A stretch of 64,000 nucleotides of DNA, taken from positions 5,760,001 through 5,824,000 of the forward strand of contig CAVTTN010000002.1 of the NCBI GenBank assembly GCA_963737655.1, written 5' to 3'. Of the stretch, positions 8,423 through 18,128 are shown one piece after another. Position numbers and translations under genes: made by a program. The stretch comes from an uncultured Planctomycetota bacterium (GTDB taxonomy: Bacteria > Planctomycetota > Planctomycetia > Isosphaerales > Isosphaeraceae). The notes under the pieces are model-generated. The model had not been told where the DNA came from and searched no databases. It saw only the letters and a list, made by a program, of their open reading frames with translations. Numbering within the stretch: position 1 is the stretch's first letter; every line of letters begins with the position of its first letter.

Positions 8423-10000
8423 TTGACCTCGACGACCCCCGCGCCCCCCGAGCCTCGCCCGCTGCCCCCGGTCCTCTCTCGCCTGCTCCGGGGGACGTTC
8501 TGGCTGGCCTTGCGGACGCCCTTGCAGGCCGTGTTCGCCCTGTGGAGCGTCCCCCTGATCCTCGACTTCGTCGGCGAGACGCAGTACGGGGCGTTCGGCT
8601 TCGCCTGGGGGTTCGGCTTCTTCCAGTTCCTGCTGGAATTCGGCATGAGCTCCTCGCTCCAGAAGGAGGTCTCGGCCTGCTGGACCCGGGGCGACCGCGA
8701 GGGCGTCGATCGCGCCGTGGCGTGCGGCCTGAACTTCTATGCGGCGATCGCCCTGATCCAGGTCGCGGCGCTCCTGGGCGTGGCGGCGTTCGGAATCCCC
8801 TCGACGTTCGGGCCCGAGTCTCACCGGCTGATCGTCCGCCTGCTCTGGCTCCAGGCGATCACCTCGCCGTGCTTCGGCCTCTCCACCGTGGTGACCAGCA
8901 TCCTCCAGGCGGCCCGCAGGTACGACGTCGTCCCCCGGTTCGAATTGGCGATCGTGATCTTGCGGTTCATCGCCCTGGTCGTCGCGCTGAAGGGCGGCAT
9001 GGATTTCTTCTGGGTCGTCGTGATCCAGACGGCCCTGACCGTCGGCCTCTCGCTCGGCCCGGCGCTGTGGGTCGTCACGAAGGAGCTCGGCTATCGGCTG
9101 CCGCTGCGAGGGGCGAAGCTCTCCGACTACGCGGCCCTTTTGCACATCAGCACGTTCATGTTCATGATGCAGTTGAGCGTGGTCCTGGCCGACAAGCTGG
9201 ACAAGCTCGTCCTGGGCTATGCGCTGGACCCGCCCGAGGCGCCCATCGCGGTGTACGAGGCGATCAGCAAGCCGTTCCTGCAGCTCCGGCAGACGGGCTG
9301 GATGCTCGCCTACCTCGTCATGCCGGCCGTCGCCAGCCTCGCCGCCGCGAAGGACGAGGCGGCCCTGGAGCGGATCAAGTACGACGGCACGAGGTTCCTC
9401 GTCGGCCTGTTGCTGCCGGTCGGGCTCCTGGCGGCGATTTATGCCCACCCCTTCTTGAATCTATGGGTGCCGAAGTTCGCGGACGACGCCCCGCTGATGC
9501 GCCTGTTCCTGGTGGCGGCGCTGCCCCTGGTCTTATCGGTTCACGTGCAGATGGCGATTGGGATGAATGCGATCCGGGTGGTGTCGCTGGCGGCCCTGGG
9601 AGGGGCGCTGGTGAACCTGCCGCTGAGCTATTTCCTGACGCTCAGGATGGGAGTGGCCGGGGTGATCTGGGGGACCGTGCTGACCACGCTCGCCTCGAAC
9701 CTGCTGATCCCGGGCGTCCACGTCTTCCGCGTCCTGGGCGTGCAGCTCGTCACGTTCCTGAGAAGGTCGCTCGGGGCGCCTCTGGGCGGGGCCGCGATGC
9801 TGGGGGTCGCGGCGCTCCTGCTCAACGCGGCGTCCTCGGCCGAGCCGGCCGCCGGCGCCTCAAGGCTGGCCAAGGCGGTGCCTCTGCTCGTTCACCTGAC
9901 GCTCTGCGGCCTCGCCTACCTGATCGGCTACGCCCTCGTGCCGGAGGGGAGAAACGACCTCGCCACGATCGCGCGACGATTCCTCCGCCGAAAGGGCTGA
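8423..10000 (+). CDS. Polysaccharide flippase (Wzx/MOP family)
   Basis: Many TM helices; GETQYG...LLEFGMSSSLQ, DKLDKLVLG; start (TTG 8423) is estimated. Confidence 0.85.
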   Translation: MTSTTPAPPEPRPLPPVLSRLLRGTFWLALRTPLQAVFALWSVPLILDFVGETQYGAFGFAWGFGFFQFLLEFGMSSSLQKEVSACWTRGDREGVDRAVACGLNFYAAIALIQVAALLGVAAFGIPSTFGPESHRLIVRLLWLQAITSPCFGLSTVVTSILQAARRYDVVPRFELAIVILRFIALVVALKGGMDFFWVVVIQTALTVGLSLGPALWVVTKELGYRLPLRGAKLSDYAALLHISTFMFMMQLSVVLADKLDKLVLGYALDPPEAPIAVYEAISKPFLQLRQTGWMLAYLVMPAVASLAAAKDEAALERIKYDGTRFLVGLLLPVGLLAAIYAHPFLNLWVPKFADDAPLMRLFLVAALPLVLSVHVQMAIGMNAIRVVSLAALGGALVNLPLSYFLTLRMGVAGVIWGTVLTTLASNLLIPGVHVFRVLGVQLVTFLRRSLGAPLGGAAMLGVAALLLNAASSAEPAAGASRLAKAVPLLVHLTLCGLAYLIGYALVPEGRNDLATIARRFLRRKG

Positions 10001-10063
10001 AGCGGCCTCGCCGGAGGGGGTCCGCCGGCCTACGATGAGGTGAGGACCGGGGGGCATCGCAGC

Positions 10064-10585
10064 ATGAATAACGGGCGGAAGACGGTGGACGTCCTGGGCC
10101 GGGAGCATTCGGGCCGGAGGTTCGTCCTGATCGGCGCGGCGGTGATCTTTGCGGTCTGGGCCGGGCTGTTCCTGGCGTTTCGCCAGTGGCGGGAGCGGCA
10201 TCGGGCCGACGTCGAATTCGGCCGTCGCGAGGTCGCCGCCGTGGTCGAGCCTCTGAAGAGGCTCGAACCGCCGGGCGTGACGCCCAAGGTCTGGCGCGGC
10301 GCGGTGGACGACTCCCGAGGGATGCTGGAGGCCGTCGTCGGCTCGGGGATGCTCGACCGCCCCGCGATGGAACGGCTCCGCGACGAGCTCCGCGACCGAT
10401 TCGCGAAGACCTCGCCGGATTCGGCCGTGGGGGATCTCGGCACGCTCTGGGACGACATGGAAGCACGAGCCGGCCCGGTCCTCACCCGCAAGGCCGAACG
10501 CCCCCCGTTCGTGCCCGAGCGGCCCATCCTGCTGAAGAGACCAACCGCCAAGCCGCCAAGAGCGCCAAGGGAAGAGGAGAAGTAG
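10064..10585 (+). CDS. Hypothetical membrane-anchored protein
   Basis: One TM (FVLIGAAVIFAVWAGLFLAF); C-terminus runs into a repeat. Confidence 0.7.
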   Translation: MNNGRKTVDVLGREHSGRRFVLIGAAVIFAVWAGLFLAFRQWRERHRADVEFGRREVAAVVEPLKRLEPPGVTPKVWRGAVDDSRGMLEAVVGSGMLDRPAMERLRDELRDRFAKTSPDSAVGDLGTLWDDMEARAGPVLTRKAERPPFVPERPILLKRPTAKPPRAPREEEK

Positions 10586-10679
10586 GAGAAACGGAATAAG
10601 TCGAAGTCAAACTATAAAAGAATTTCGTCATCGAATTTCTCTTCGATCCTCTCCTCTTTCCTTGGCGGCTTGGCGGTTG
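10542..10679. repeat. Inverted repeat element, AACCGCCAAGCCGCCAAG family
   Basis: Perfect 19-bp inverted repeat, 10542-10560 / 10661-10679, between convergent genes; related copy at 62261. Confidence 0.8.
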
Positions 10680-12187
10680 ATCTCCCCGTCTTTCCGTCGC
10701 AGAGCCAGGATGAAGAACTCGCAAGGACCGCCGGCGCGGGTTTCCGGCCCTCGGAGGTGCTCGATCGTGGGGAATTCTTCGAGGAGCGGCCGGTACGAGG
10801 CGCGTTCGGCGGCGGTGGCCTTGGGCTCGAAGTAGACCGCGACGTGCGAGGCGCCGAGCTCTCGGTAATGGGCGAGCCGGGATCGCCAGTCGGCCGGGAG
10901 CTCGGGGCTGTGGATCGGCCAGCCTTCGCGGTGGCTGTGGTGGACGACCGTCGGGAACTCGATCCCCGGGCCGATCGCCACGACCCGGCCGCCTTCCGGG
11001 CAGAGCTCGCGGAGGCGGCCGGCCAGGACGAGCTTGCCTTCGTCCAGGCGGAACAGGCCGCCCATCACCCACGGCGACTGCACCGCGAACGCCAGTCCCA
11101 GGACGATCGGGACGATCGCCAGGCGACGCGCCGAGGGCCGCGACGCGATCGCCTCCAGCCCCAGGGCGCCCCACGTGGCGAACGCCGGCAGGACCATCAG
11201 CGCGTAATAATCGTGGTCGCGGAGCTTCGGCGCCAGCAGGGCGAAGAAGCCGAGGCCCATGACCGTCCAGCCCACCAGCATCCCCGAAGGCCGGGCCCGT
11301 CGCCTCACGGCCGAGGCGATCCCGACGAGCATCAGCACCCCGAGCACCGGCCCGCAATCGCGGAAGAGGAACCGGCCGAAAAACGCGCCGTAAATGGTCT
11401 TCGAGAGCAAGACATCCGGCCTCTGGAACAGGAAATACGGGTAGACGTGCCCCTCGACCCACCCCGATTCCACCGGGTTCCTCGTCCGGAAGAAGACCAC
11501 GGCCATCCAGACGGCCATCGGCCCGACCATCGCCGCCATCAGCGCGAGAAAGCGTCTCGAAAAGACCGCCCGCCACGTCCCGGAGGCCCTCCACGCCATC
11601 TCCGCCAGGGGCACGGCGACCATCAATCCGAAGTACTTGAACATGCCGGCGAGCATGCCGAAAAGTGCCGCCAGGACGAACCAGCGACGGCCTTCGCCGT
11701 CGAGGAATCGCCGGAAACAGGCCGCCGAGCCGATCATGGCGGCGAGCATCCACGAGTCGGGCATCACGGCACGCCCGTAGAAGATCAGCAAGGGGGCCGC
11801 CGCCATCAGGGCCGTCGAGGCGAGGGCCTCGCGCTCGCCGATCTCCCGGCGGACGAGGTCGAACAGCGCGACCAGGGCCGCGAGGGTGCCCAGGAGGCTC
11901 AGCGCGTGGCCGATCCACGCGCGCTCGCCGAACACGCGGAACCCGGCGGCCAGGGCGATCGAGTAGAGCGGGACCTCCTCGGTCAGCTCCATCCTCTCGC
12001 CTCGCTCGTCGAGGAAGTCGAACGAGTTCTTGAAGACGTCGAACGGGGGGCCCGCGATGCATCGGGCCTTGTTCGAGGTGAAACTCTGCTTGACCATCAA
12101 CGAATCGGCCACCGGCGAATCCAGGTGCTTCAGGCGGACGGCCGCGGCGAGGATCAGGATCAGGACCAGGGCGAATCGGGGGTTCAT
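10628..12187 (-). CDS. GT-C (ArnT/PMT-like, GT39/83) glycosyltransferase
   Basis: Polytopic; EEVPLY, YGRAVMPDS, LAGMFKYF, HDYY. Confidence 0.8.
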   Translation of the reverse strand: MNPRFALVLILILAAAVRLKHLDSPVADSLMVKQSFTSNKARCIAGPPFDVFKNSFDFLDERGERMELTEEVPLYSIALAAGFRVFGERAWIGHALSLLGTLAALVALFDLVRREIGEREALASTALMAAAPLLIFYGRAVMPDSWMLAAMIGSAACFRRFLDGEGRRWFVLAALFGMLAGMFKYFGLMVAVPLAEMAWRASGTWRAVFSRRFLALMAAMVGPMAVWMAVVFFRTRNPVESGWVEGHVYPYFLFQRPDVLLSKTIYGAFFGRFLFRDCGPVLGVLMLVGIASAVRRRARPSGMLVGWTVMGLGFFALLAPKLRDHDYYALMVLPAFATWGALGLEAIASRPSARRLAIVPIVLGLAFAVQSPWVMGGLFRLDEGKLVLAGRLRELCPEGGRVVAIGPGIEFPTVVHHSHREGWPIHSPELPADWRSRLAHYRELGASHVAVYFEPKATAAERASYRPLLEEFPTIEHLRGPETRAGGPCEFFILALRRKDGEINRQAAKERGEDRREIR

Positions 12188-12213
12188 TTGGGGGGGACTC
12201 CGTCCGGCCGAGA

Positions 12214-13590
12214 TCAGCGCCCGTCCTGAGGCTGAGGCGCCTGGTCCACCGTCACGTCGTAATCGATGTACCCGATCATCATTTCATCCCAGGTCTGGTC
12301 GCCCCAGCGGACCGTGGCGCCCGGGTCGGGGTTGTTCGGGTTGCCCGGGGAGTTGTCGAAGTGGGCCACGCAGTCGATCCGGGTCCCTCGGGGCATCGGC
12401 TTCGCGACGGCCAGGCGATAGACGCTCTGCCAGGCGAAGTCGTAGGCCGGGACCGACAGGAGGACCTCGCTCCGGCCGTCGGGATAGGTCGCGGTGTAGA
12501 GGAAATCCTTGCCTCGGAGGTGCATGTGAGGCGAGAGGCTGAGCAGCCTCGCGTCGAACGGGAAGGTGAACGACGAGCGGACCTCGTGCCTCGGCGCCCC
12601 GGGCGGGATCGCCAGCGTCTTGGCCGAGATCCCCTTGGTCACGGCCCTCCGCTCGATCGGCCCCCTGGCGAAGACGAAGCCGACGGAGGAGACGTCGGTC
12701 CGGGGCGTGCCGATCGGCGTGTAATGGACCTCGATCACCAGGGTCGCCCCCTTCGGGATCCGCTTGGCGACGCCCGGGGGGAAGGCCGAGGGCATGTCTC
12801 CGGGGGCGTAGCAGACGAGCTCCGGGCGCTCGGGGCGGCCTTCCTCGTTGGGGGTCTTCTCGTCGAGGAAGACGCAGACGTGGTGGACGACCCGGCGGTC
12901 TCCGGGGCGGGCCTCGGCGGCTTGAATCCACATGTCGCGATCAAAGTTCGTCGGCACCCGGAACTTCTGATAGGATAAGACCCCCTCGGCGGGCACCTCG
13001 AACGGCTCGTCCATCGCGAACACGGCGTCGGGCTCGCCGATGGTCCAGCCTTCGGGGAATCCTCGAGGCTCGGGGAGCTTCGCCGGGTCGCCCAGGGGGG
13101 TCTTCTGCTCGACCCAGGCGAGCAGGACCGCGCGTTCCCGGGGGGTCAGCGAGCGATCGTTGGCGAAGTGGCCATGCCTCGGGTCGGCGTGCCACGGGGG
13201 CATCCGGCGGTCGGCCACGACCTCGGCGATCCCGGCCGACCAGCGGCGGGCGTGGTCGTAATTCAGCAACGAGAACGGCGCGACCTGCCCGGGTCGGTGG
13301 CAGCCCTGGCACTTCTCGGCGAGGATCGGCGCGACGTGGGCGGAATAGGTCACCGGGCCGACGTCCTCGGCCGTCTCGCTGCGATCGAGGTAGTCCGCGA
13401 CCTCGGGAGCCGGCGGGAGGAGCTTCGTATCCCGGGCCTTCGCGGCGTATCTCGGGGCGGGGAGGACGCGAGGCCCCTTCTTCCTCAGGGAGACCCAGCC
13501 GCCCAGGCCGATGGCCAGGGGGACCAGGACGAGCAGGCGGATTCGCCTCGGGGGGAGCCACGCCGGCCGAGTTTTCGGGCTGATGACCAC
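12214..13590 (-). CDS. Cytochrome c (CxxCH) + copper type II monooxygenase (PHM-like) domain protein
   Basis: TM anchor, CQGCH, MPPW, VVHH...EVHY, PHMHLRG, DEMMIG; start (GTG 13590) is estimated. Confidence 0.8.
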   Translation of the reverse strand: MVISPKTRPAWLPPRRIRLLVLVPLAIGLGGWVSLRKKGPRVLPAPRYAAKARDTKLLPPAPEVADYLDRSETAEDVGPVTYSAHVAPILAEKCQGCHRPGQVAPFSLLNYDHARRWSAGIAEVVADRRMPPWHADPRHGHFANDRSLTPRERAVLLAWVEQKTPLGDPAKLPEPRGFPEGWTIGEPDAVFAMDEPFEVPAEGVLSYQKFRVPTNFDRDMWIQAAEARPGDRRVVHHVCVFLDEKTPNEEGRPERPELVCYAPGDMPSAFPPGVAKRIPKGATLVIEVHYTPIGTPRTDVSSVGFVFARGPIERRAVTKGISAKTLAIPPGAPRHEVRSSFTFPFDARLLSLSPHMHLRGKDFLYTATYPDGRSEVLLSVPAYDFAWQSVYRLAVAKPMPRGTRIDCVAHFDNSPGNPNNPDPGATVRWGDQTWDEMMIGYIDYDVTVDQAPQPQDGR

Positions 13591-13669
13591 GTCGTCGCGC
13601 CCTTTCGAACGATCGCGGGTCGCCCGACCCCGGACGTCCCTCCCCTCTGGAAATCGGCCGAAGATCGCC

Positions 13670-14647
13670 TCACCTTGGCTTTTCGTCAAGGTCAGCGACG
13701 ATTTCGGGGGCCGATCGGGAGGTCTGGGCAAGCAGGCGGGCCAGCAACGGCTCGTAGAGGGTCCGGCCCCGGAGCGCCGACCGCCAGCGATCGGGGATCG
13801 CGGCGAATCCGTCGCGGAGCCCGGCGATCCCTCCGGCCACGCAGGCGGTGGTGTCGGTGTCCTCGCCCAGGGCCACGGCCGCCTTGACGACCTGTTCATA
13901 CGACCCCGCCTCGATGGCCAGGCGCGCCGAGTGGAGGCAATCGACGACATAGCCGCCCCCCTGGCCTCCGGGCGGGTCGTCGGGCCGGACGTGCGCCTCC
14001 AGCTCCTCGCGGAGGGCGGAGGTCTCGCCCAGGAGGCCGCGGAGGCTCGCCACGGCCGACGGCCAGGGATCGGCGGCGGCGTCCAGGACGCGGCGGGCCC
14101 AGAGGCAGTACAGGGCGCAACAGAGTTGCGAGCGGGCGTGGCCGTGGGTGACCTTCGATTGGGTCATGGCGTCGGCGGCCAGGACGGCGTCGGGGCCGCG
14201 ATGCCAGAGGGCGAGCGGGAGGACCCTCATCAGCGACCCGTTGCCGTTGTCTCGCTCCTCCGACGGCCCGGCCTCCAGGGGCGGGACCCCGGCCCGGAGC
14301 CGACCCAGGGCGCGGGCCGTCTGGTTGCCGATGTCGAAGACCTCCCCCTCGACGGCCATCGCGCCCTCGTCCCACCACGCCAGCAACCGCCGAGCCAGGT
14401 CGTGAGGGTCGAGCCGCCCGCAGTCCAGGAGCGAGCCGAGCAGGCCAAGCGCCTGGGCCCCGTCGTCGGACCACGTCCCCGGGGGGACTTTCCCATGCGC
14501 CACGACGAACCCCGGAGGGGGCTCGAACTCGATCGCCTCGATCGGCGGGATCTCCTCGGGCGAAGAAAACTCGTAGGGGACGCCCAGGGCATCCCCCACC
14601 AGGAGCCCGATCAACCCGCCCTCGACCCGCTCGGCCCGCGTCGGCAT
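13670..14647 (-). CDS. ADP-ribosylglycohydrolase (DraG/ARH family)
   Basis: VGDALGVPYEF, GTWSDD, GNGSLMR, TH, LGEDTDT. Confidence 0.93.
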   Translation of the reverse strand: MPTRAERVEGGLIGLLVGDALGVPYEFSSPEEIPPIEAIEFEPPPGFVVAHGKVPPGTWSDDGAQALGLLGSLLDCGRLDPHDLARRLLAWWDEGAMAVEGEVFDIGNQTARALGRLRAGVPPLEAGPSEERDNGNGSLMRVLPLALWHRGPDAVLAADAMTQSKVTHGHARSQLCCALYCLWARRVLDAAADPWPSAVASLRGLLGETSALREELEAHVRPDDPPGGQGGGYVVDCLHSARLAIEAGSYEQVVKAAVALGEDTDTTACVAGGIAGLRDGFAAIPDRWRSALRGRTLYEPLLARLLAQTSRSAPEIVADLDEKPR

Positions 14648-14729
14648 GGCAGCCTCCCCTCGGCCCTCGTTCGCCGCAATGATGAGCGATCCGGGGCCGG
14701 AGGAGAAGCGAAATCGCGGGGGATGCCGA

Positions 14730-15104
14730 TCAGGCCGACGGCGCGCCCTTGGCCTTGTAGCACTCGTCGATGCGATCGCGCCAGTGCTGGGGCGTCGCGG
14801 CGATCTCGTCCATGAAGCGGCTGGCCATCGAATTCACCGGGCGGACGCCCTGCTCCCACGCCCGGACGGTCTTCACGCTCACGCCCAGGATGCGGGCGAA
14901 CAGGGCCTGGCTGACGTTCAAGAGCGTGCGGACGTTCCGGACGTCGCCGGGTGAGTTGTCGCGAGGCTCGAGGTTCAGCTCGACGGTGCGGACGGTGAAC
15001 CTCGTCTCGATCGGTTCTCCACTCCGAAGGGCATCGCGGAGCTCGGTGAGGGCCTCGATGATCTCCAGACCGGCCGGGGAATGGATCGGCTTCTCCATGT
15101 CCAT
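14730..15104 (-). CDS. XRE-HTH antitoxin (HigA-like)
   Basis: VSQALFARILGVSVKTVRAWEQG; directly downstream of a toxin. Confidence 0.88.
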   Translation of the reverse strand: MDMEKPIHSPAGLEIIEALTELRDALRSGEPIETRFTVRTVELNLEPRDNSPGDVRNVRTLLNVSQALFARILGVSVKTVRAWEQGVRPVNSMASRFMDEIAATPQHWRDRIDECYKAKGAPSA

Positions 15105-15105
15105 G

Positions 15106-15470
15106 TCAAGATCCTTTGCCGAGTTCCTGGCGGATGCCTCGAATCAGCGATGCAATCACCTTCCGGTCGGCCTCGGTCAAGTCGGGAGTCTCTGTCTCAT
15201 CGCAGACAGTGACCAGGGCCACGACGCGAAACCCCTCGAAATACGCGTAGCAGACCCGGTAGCCCCCCGTTTGCCGCGAGATGAATCGCCGCTCGCAAAC
15301 CGGAGTTTCCTCAGCCCGCCGGTCCCTCGGACGACGGGAGGCCGCTTCGGGTCGGCCATGATCGAAATCTCCAGAAAGCGGAGATCGTCATCCGTCAACC
15401 CCAAGGCAGCCCACTGCCTCAAGAACAAACCAAGATGTAAGAAATTTAACAACTTCTCTGGGGAGGCCAT
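15106..15470 (-). CDS. RelE/HigB-family toxin (one frameshift, probably a sequencing error)
   Basis: GTGGLRKLRF...RGKRG; adding one G in the G6 run at ~15263-15268 restores GGYRVCYAYF...LTEADRKVI to TGA at 15106. Confidence 0.82.
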
Positions 15471-15749
15471 ACCCGATCAACCATTTCTCGATGGCTGCGC
15501 TTGCCACAAGCCCGAATGGCACCCTTCCACCAATTCGAAGGAGAGATTGTTCGCCGTCCGCACTGCGGTTCCAATGTAAGACCCGGTGGCGGGATCGTCC
15601 AGGACATCTCTTCGAGGCTCAAGCCCATCCGAAGGGCTGCGGGCGGATCGCCGAACGCCGCGAGGCCGCCGGGCCCTGGGGGGCCCGCCGGCCTCGCGAC
15701 GATCAGGTCTTCGCTCGGGGATGTCGATCCGGATGGATGGAAGCGGCGT

Positions 15750-16656
15750 TCAGGAGGCCCGGCGGCGGCGGATCGTCCGGCCGATCAGGCCGAGGCCGAA
15801 GGCGCCGAGGAGGGCCGTGGTCGTCGGCTCGGGGACCGGGTTGAGCTGGCCGGCGATCAGGGCGTAACCGGCGTCGTTGGGGTGGACGTTGCCCGAGGTG
15901 ATGTAGGTGTCCTGCGTCTCGTGGCCGAGGAACGGCGTGTAGGTGTCGATGTAGTTCGCGCCGAACGCGGCGGCCTCGCCGGCGATCACGGCGTTGAGGA
16001 GCTGGATCGCCGGGGCGGCGATCGGCGCGGCCGGGTTGCTCGGCACCCCGGCGTAGGGGTTGTAATACCCCAGGAGCGAGACATGGGCATTCGGGGCCAG
16101 GGCGTGGACCTCGGTCAGGATGTTCGTCAGGTTGTTCTGGATCGTGGACATCGCCCCCAGGACGGCCGAGAACTGCTGGGACGGGTTCATCGAGAAGAAG
16201 TTCGGCCCGTTCATCACGGCGAACAGGTCATTGGCCCCGAGCTGGATCGTCACGGCGCCGACGGGGCTGCCGGAGGCCTGCGCCGGCGAGCTTGGAGACC
16301 AGCAGCGTGTTCTGGCTGATGGCGCTGCTCGAATAGTTCAGGTTCAGAGGGGCGGCGGCCTGCCCCCCGGTGAAGAAGCTGGTCGAGGTCTCGCCATCGA
16401 CGCCCAGGTTCACGACGTTCGGCCTCATCCCGCCATTCATGGCGGCGAGGCCGTCCGCATAGGGGGCCACGTAGCCGCGGTCCCCATACGACGGGTTCTT
16501 GGTGAAATCGGTCTCGCCGAAGGCGACCGAGTCGCCCAGGGCAATGTACGTCATCGACCCGGCCGTCGCCACCGAGGGCGCCGCCGAGGCGATCGCCAGA
16601 GCGGCCAAACCGGTGCAGATCGAGAGAAACGCTCCGCGCATCGCCATCACCTCCAT
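15750..16656 (-). CDS. SGNH/GDSL hydrolase with PEP-CTERM sorting signal (frameshift ~16285)
   Basis: Signal peptide, ALGDS, NLGVDG, LGAND, NVHPNDAGY, VPEP + TM + RRRR. Confidence 0.85.
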
Positions 16657-16926
16657 GCTTCCTAGAAGTCGTCATCGACATCCCTGCCCGCGAATGGGGC
16701 GAATCCTAGCCACGATCGCGAAAACCGACAAGAGCTTTAGGGAAAGTTTGCAAGATGGACGGAATGAAACATTTCCCGACGGAGCGGAAAGATCGACAAT
16801 CGACGCAAGCCAAGGCGGAATCCGAACCTCTCGCGGCCGGAAGTCGCCCGCGATCCGAGAGATCCCGATCCCGAGAAGGACCCGGCGGGACCCGGCCCGC
16901 GCGGCCTCGTCGGGCTTCGGTCGCTG

Positions 16927-17325
16927 TCAAGGAATCATCCAATCGACGATCGAAAGCCCCGGCACATCTTGAAAGTCGGCGACGTTGTGGGTGACGACGG
17001 TCAGGTTGTGGGCCAGGGCGACCGCCGCGTTGAAGAGGTCGGGCACCCCGACCGGGCGGCCCCGGTCGAGCAGGTCGGCCCGGATGCGGCCGAACGCCTC
17101 GGCGACTTCCCGGTCGATGTCGAAGACCTCGACGACCGCGAGGAACTGCTCGATCTCGGGAAGCCGCGACGCGGGCGCCCTGGCTCGCATCCCCCAGGTG
17201 AGGAGTTCGCCCACCGTCACGGTCGAGACCTTCAGACTCCCGTGGTGGAGCATGACCCGGCGAACCACGCCGGGGTCGTTCTTGAAGAAGCCCGAGCGGG
17301 TGTCGGTGTCGAGCAGGAAGCTCAT
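16927..17325 (-). CDS. VapC PIN-domain toxin
   Basis: FLLDTD, TVGEL, DLFNAAVA, VTHNVADF. Confidence 0.92.
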   Translation of the reverse strand: MSFLLDTDTRSGFFKNDPGVVRRVMLHHGSLKVSTVTVGELLTWGMRARAPASRLPEIEQFLAVVEVFDIDREVAEAFGRIRADLLDRGRPVGVPDLFNAAVALAHNLTVVTHNVADFQDVPGLSIVDWMIP

Positions 17326-17573
17326 CCCTCGATCTCGCGGCGAGGGAGCTTCCTCTGCTGACGATTCCATTCCAGGTAGCGGTCGAGTTCCTCCGCGTCC
17401 TCGGCCCAGGCCCCGGCCAATCGGCGGAGGGTCGAGAGCTTCTCGTCATCCGAGGGCGGCGGGGGATCCCAGGTCACGGTCACGACGGAGCCCTCGGGCA
17501 ACCCCGGGTCCTCGTTCAGGACGACGGTGCGGCCCCGGATCGCCCCGCGGACCCGGCTCTTCGCGATCGCCAT
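17322..17573 (-). CDS. Putative antitoxin (AF2212/DUF104-like)
   Basis: GAIRGRTVVLNEDPGLPEGSVVTV; 4-nt overlap with the PIN gene. Confidence 0.75.
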   Translation of the reverse strand: MAIAKSRVRGAIRGRTVVLNEDPGLPEGSVVTVTWDPPPPSDDEKLSTLRRLAGAWAEDAEELDRYLEWNRQQRKLPRREIEG

Positions 17574-18128
17574 GTTCGGGCCTCGCTCTCGCATAGAGAG
17601 ACGGTCCCTCCACCCGGGGGCCGCCGAGGATTTCATGGTACGGCCTGCGGACTTTCTTGAGAAGCGCATCGACATCCGCCCGGAGCTTGACCCACTCGGG
17701 CGGGTGGCACGGTTCATACGTTCGTGCTTTCCGGCCCGCCAAGCACGAGCAGTCGTACTCGACCGGTGTTCCTGCGATCAATCGAACACTGGTTGAGTAC
17801 GACCAGTGCCACCCGCCGACAGAATTTCTCCTGCGGCGCTTCGACCTCAGCCCGCGCATTCCTTGGCCCCCGATTTCGCCTTGATCTATGGCGTCGATCG
17901 TGGTGAGGGCCCGCCTTCCAACTCTCGATCAATCTTTGTTTAGCCGAAGGCGTCGCGGAATTCTGTTGACATAGCCGAATCGAGGGAAGAAAGTACGGCC
18001 CGACCGCGATCGATTGGCCAAAAATGAACATCGCGGTCCTTCGCATCGGGACCACGAGCAGGCGTGGTCCGCCTCTTCGGTTGAACTTCACGGACCGCAT
18101 CCCCCCACGAGGCCAAGGAGTCTCCACC

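Noticed and set aside
17590..17930. Short ORFs upstream of the vapBC pair
   Set aside because: No recognisable motif or consistent frame; possibly a decayed fragment, so not annotated.
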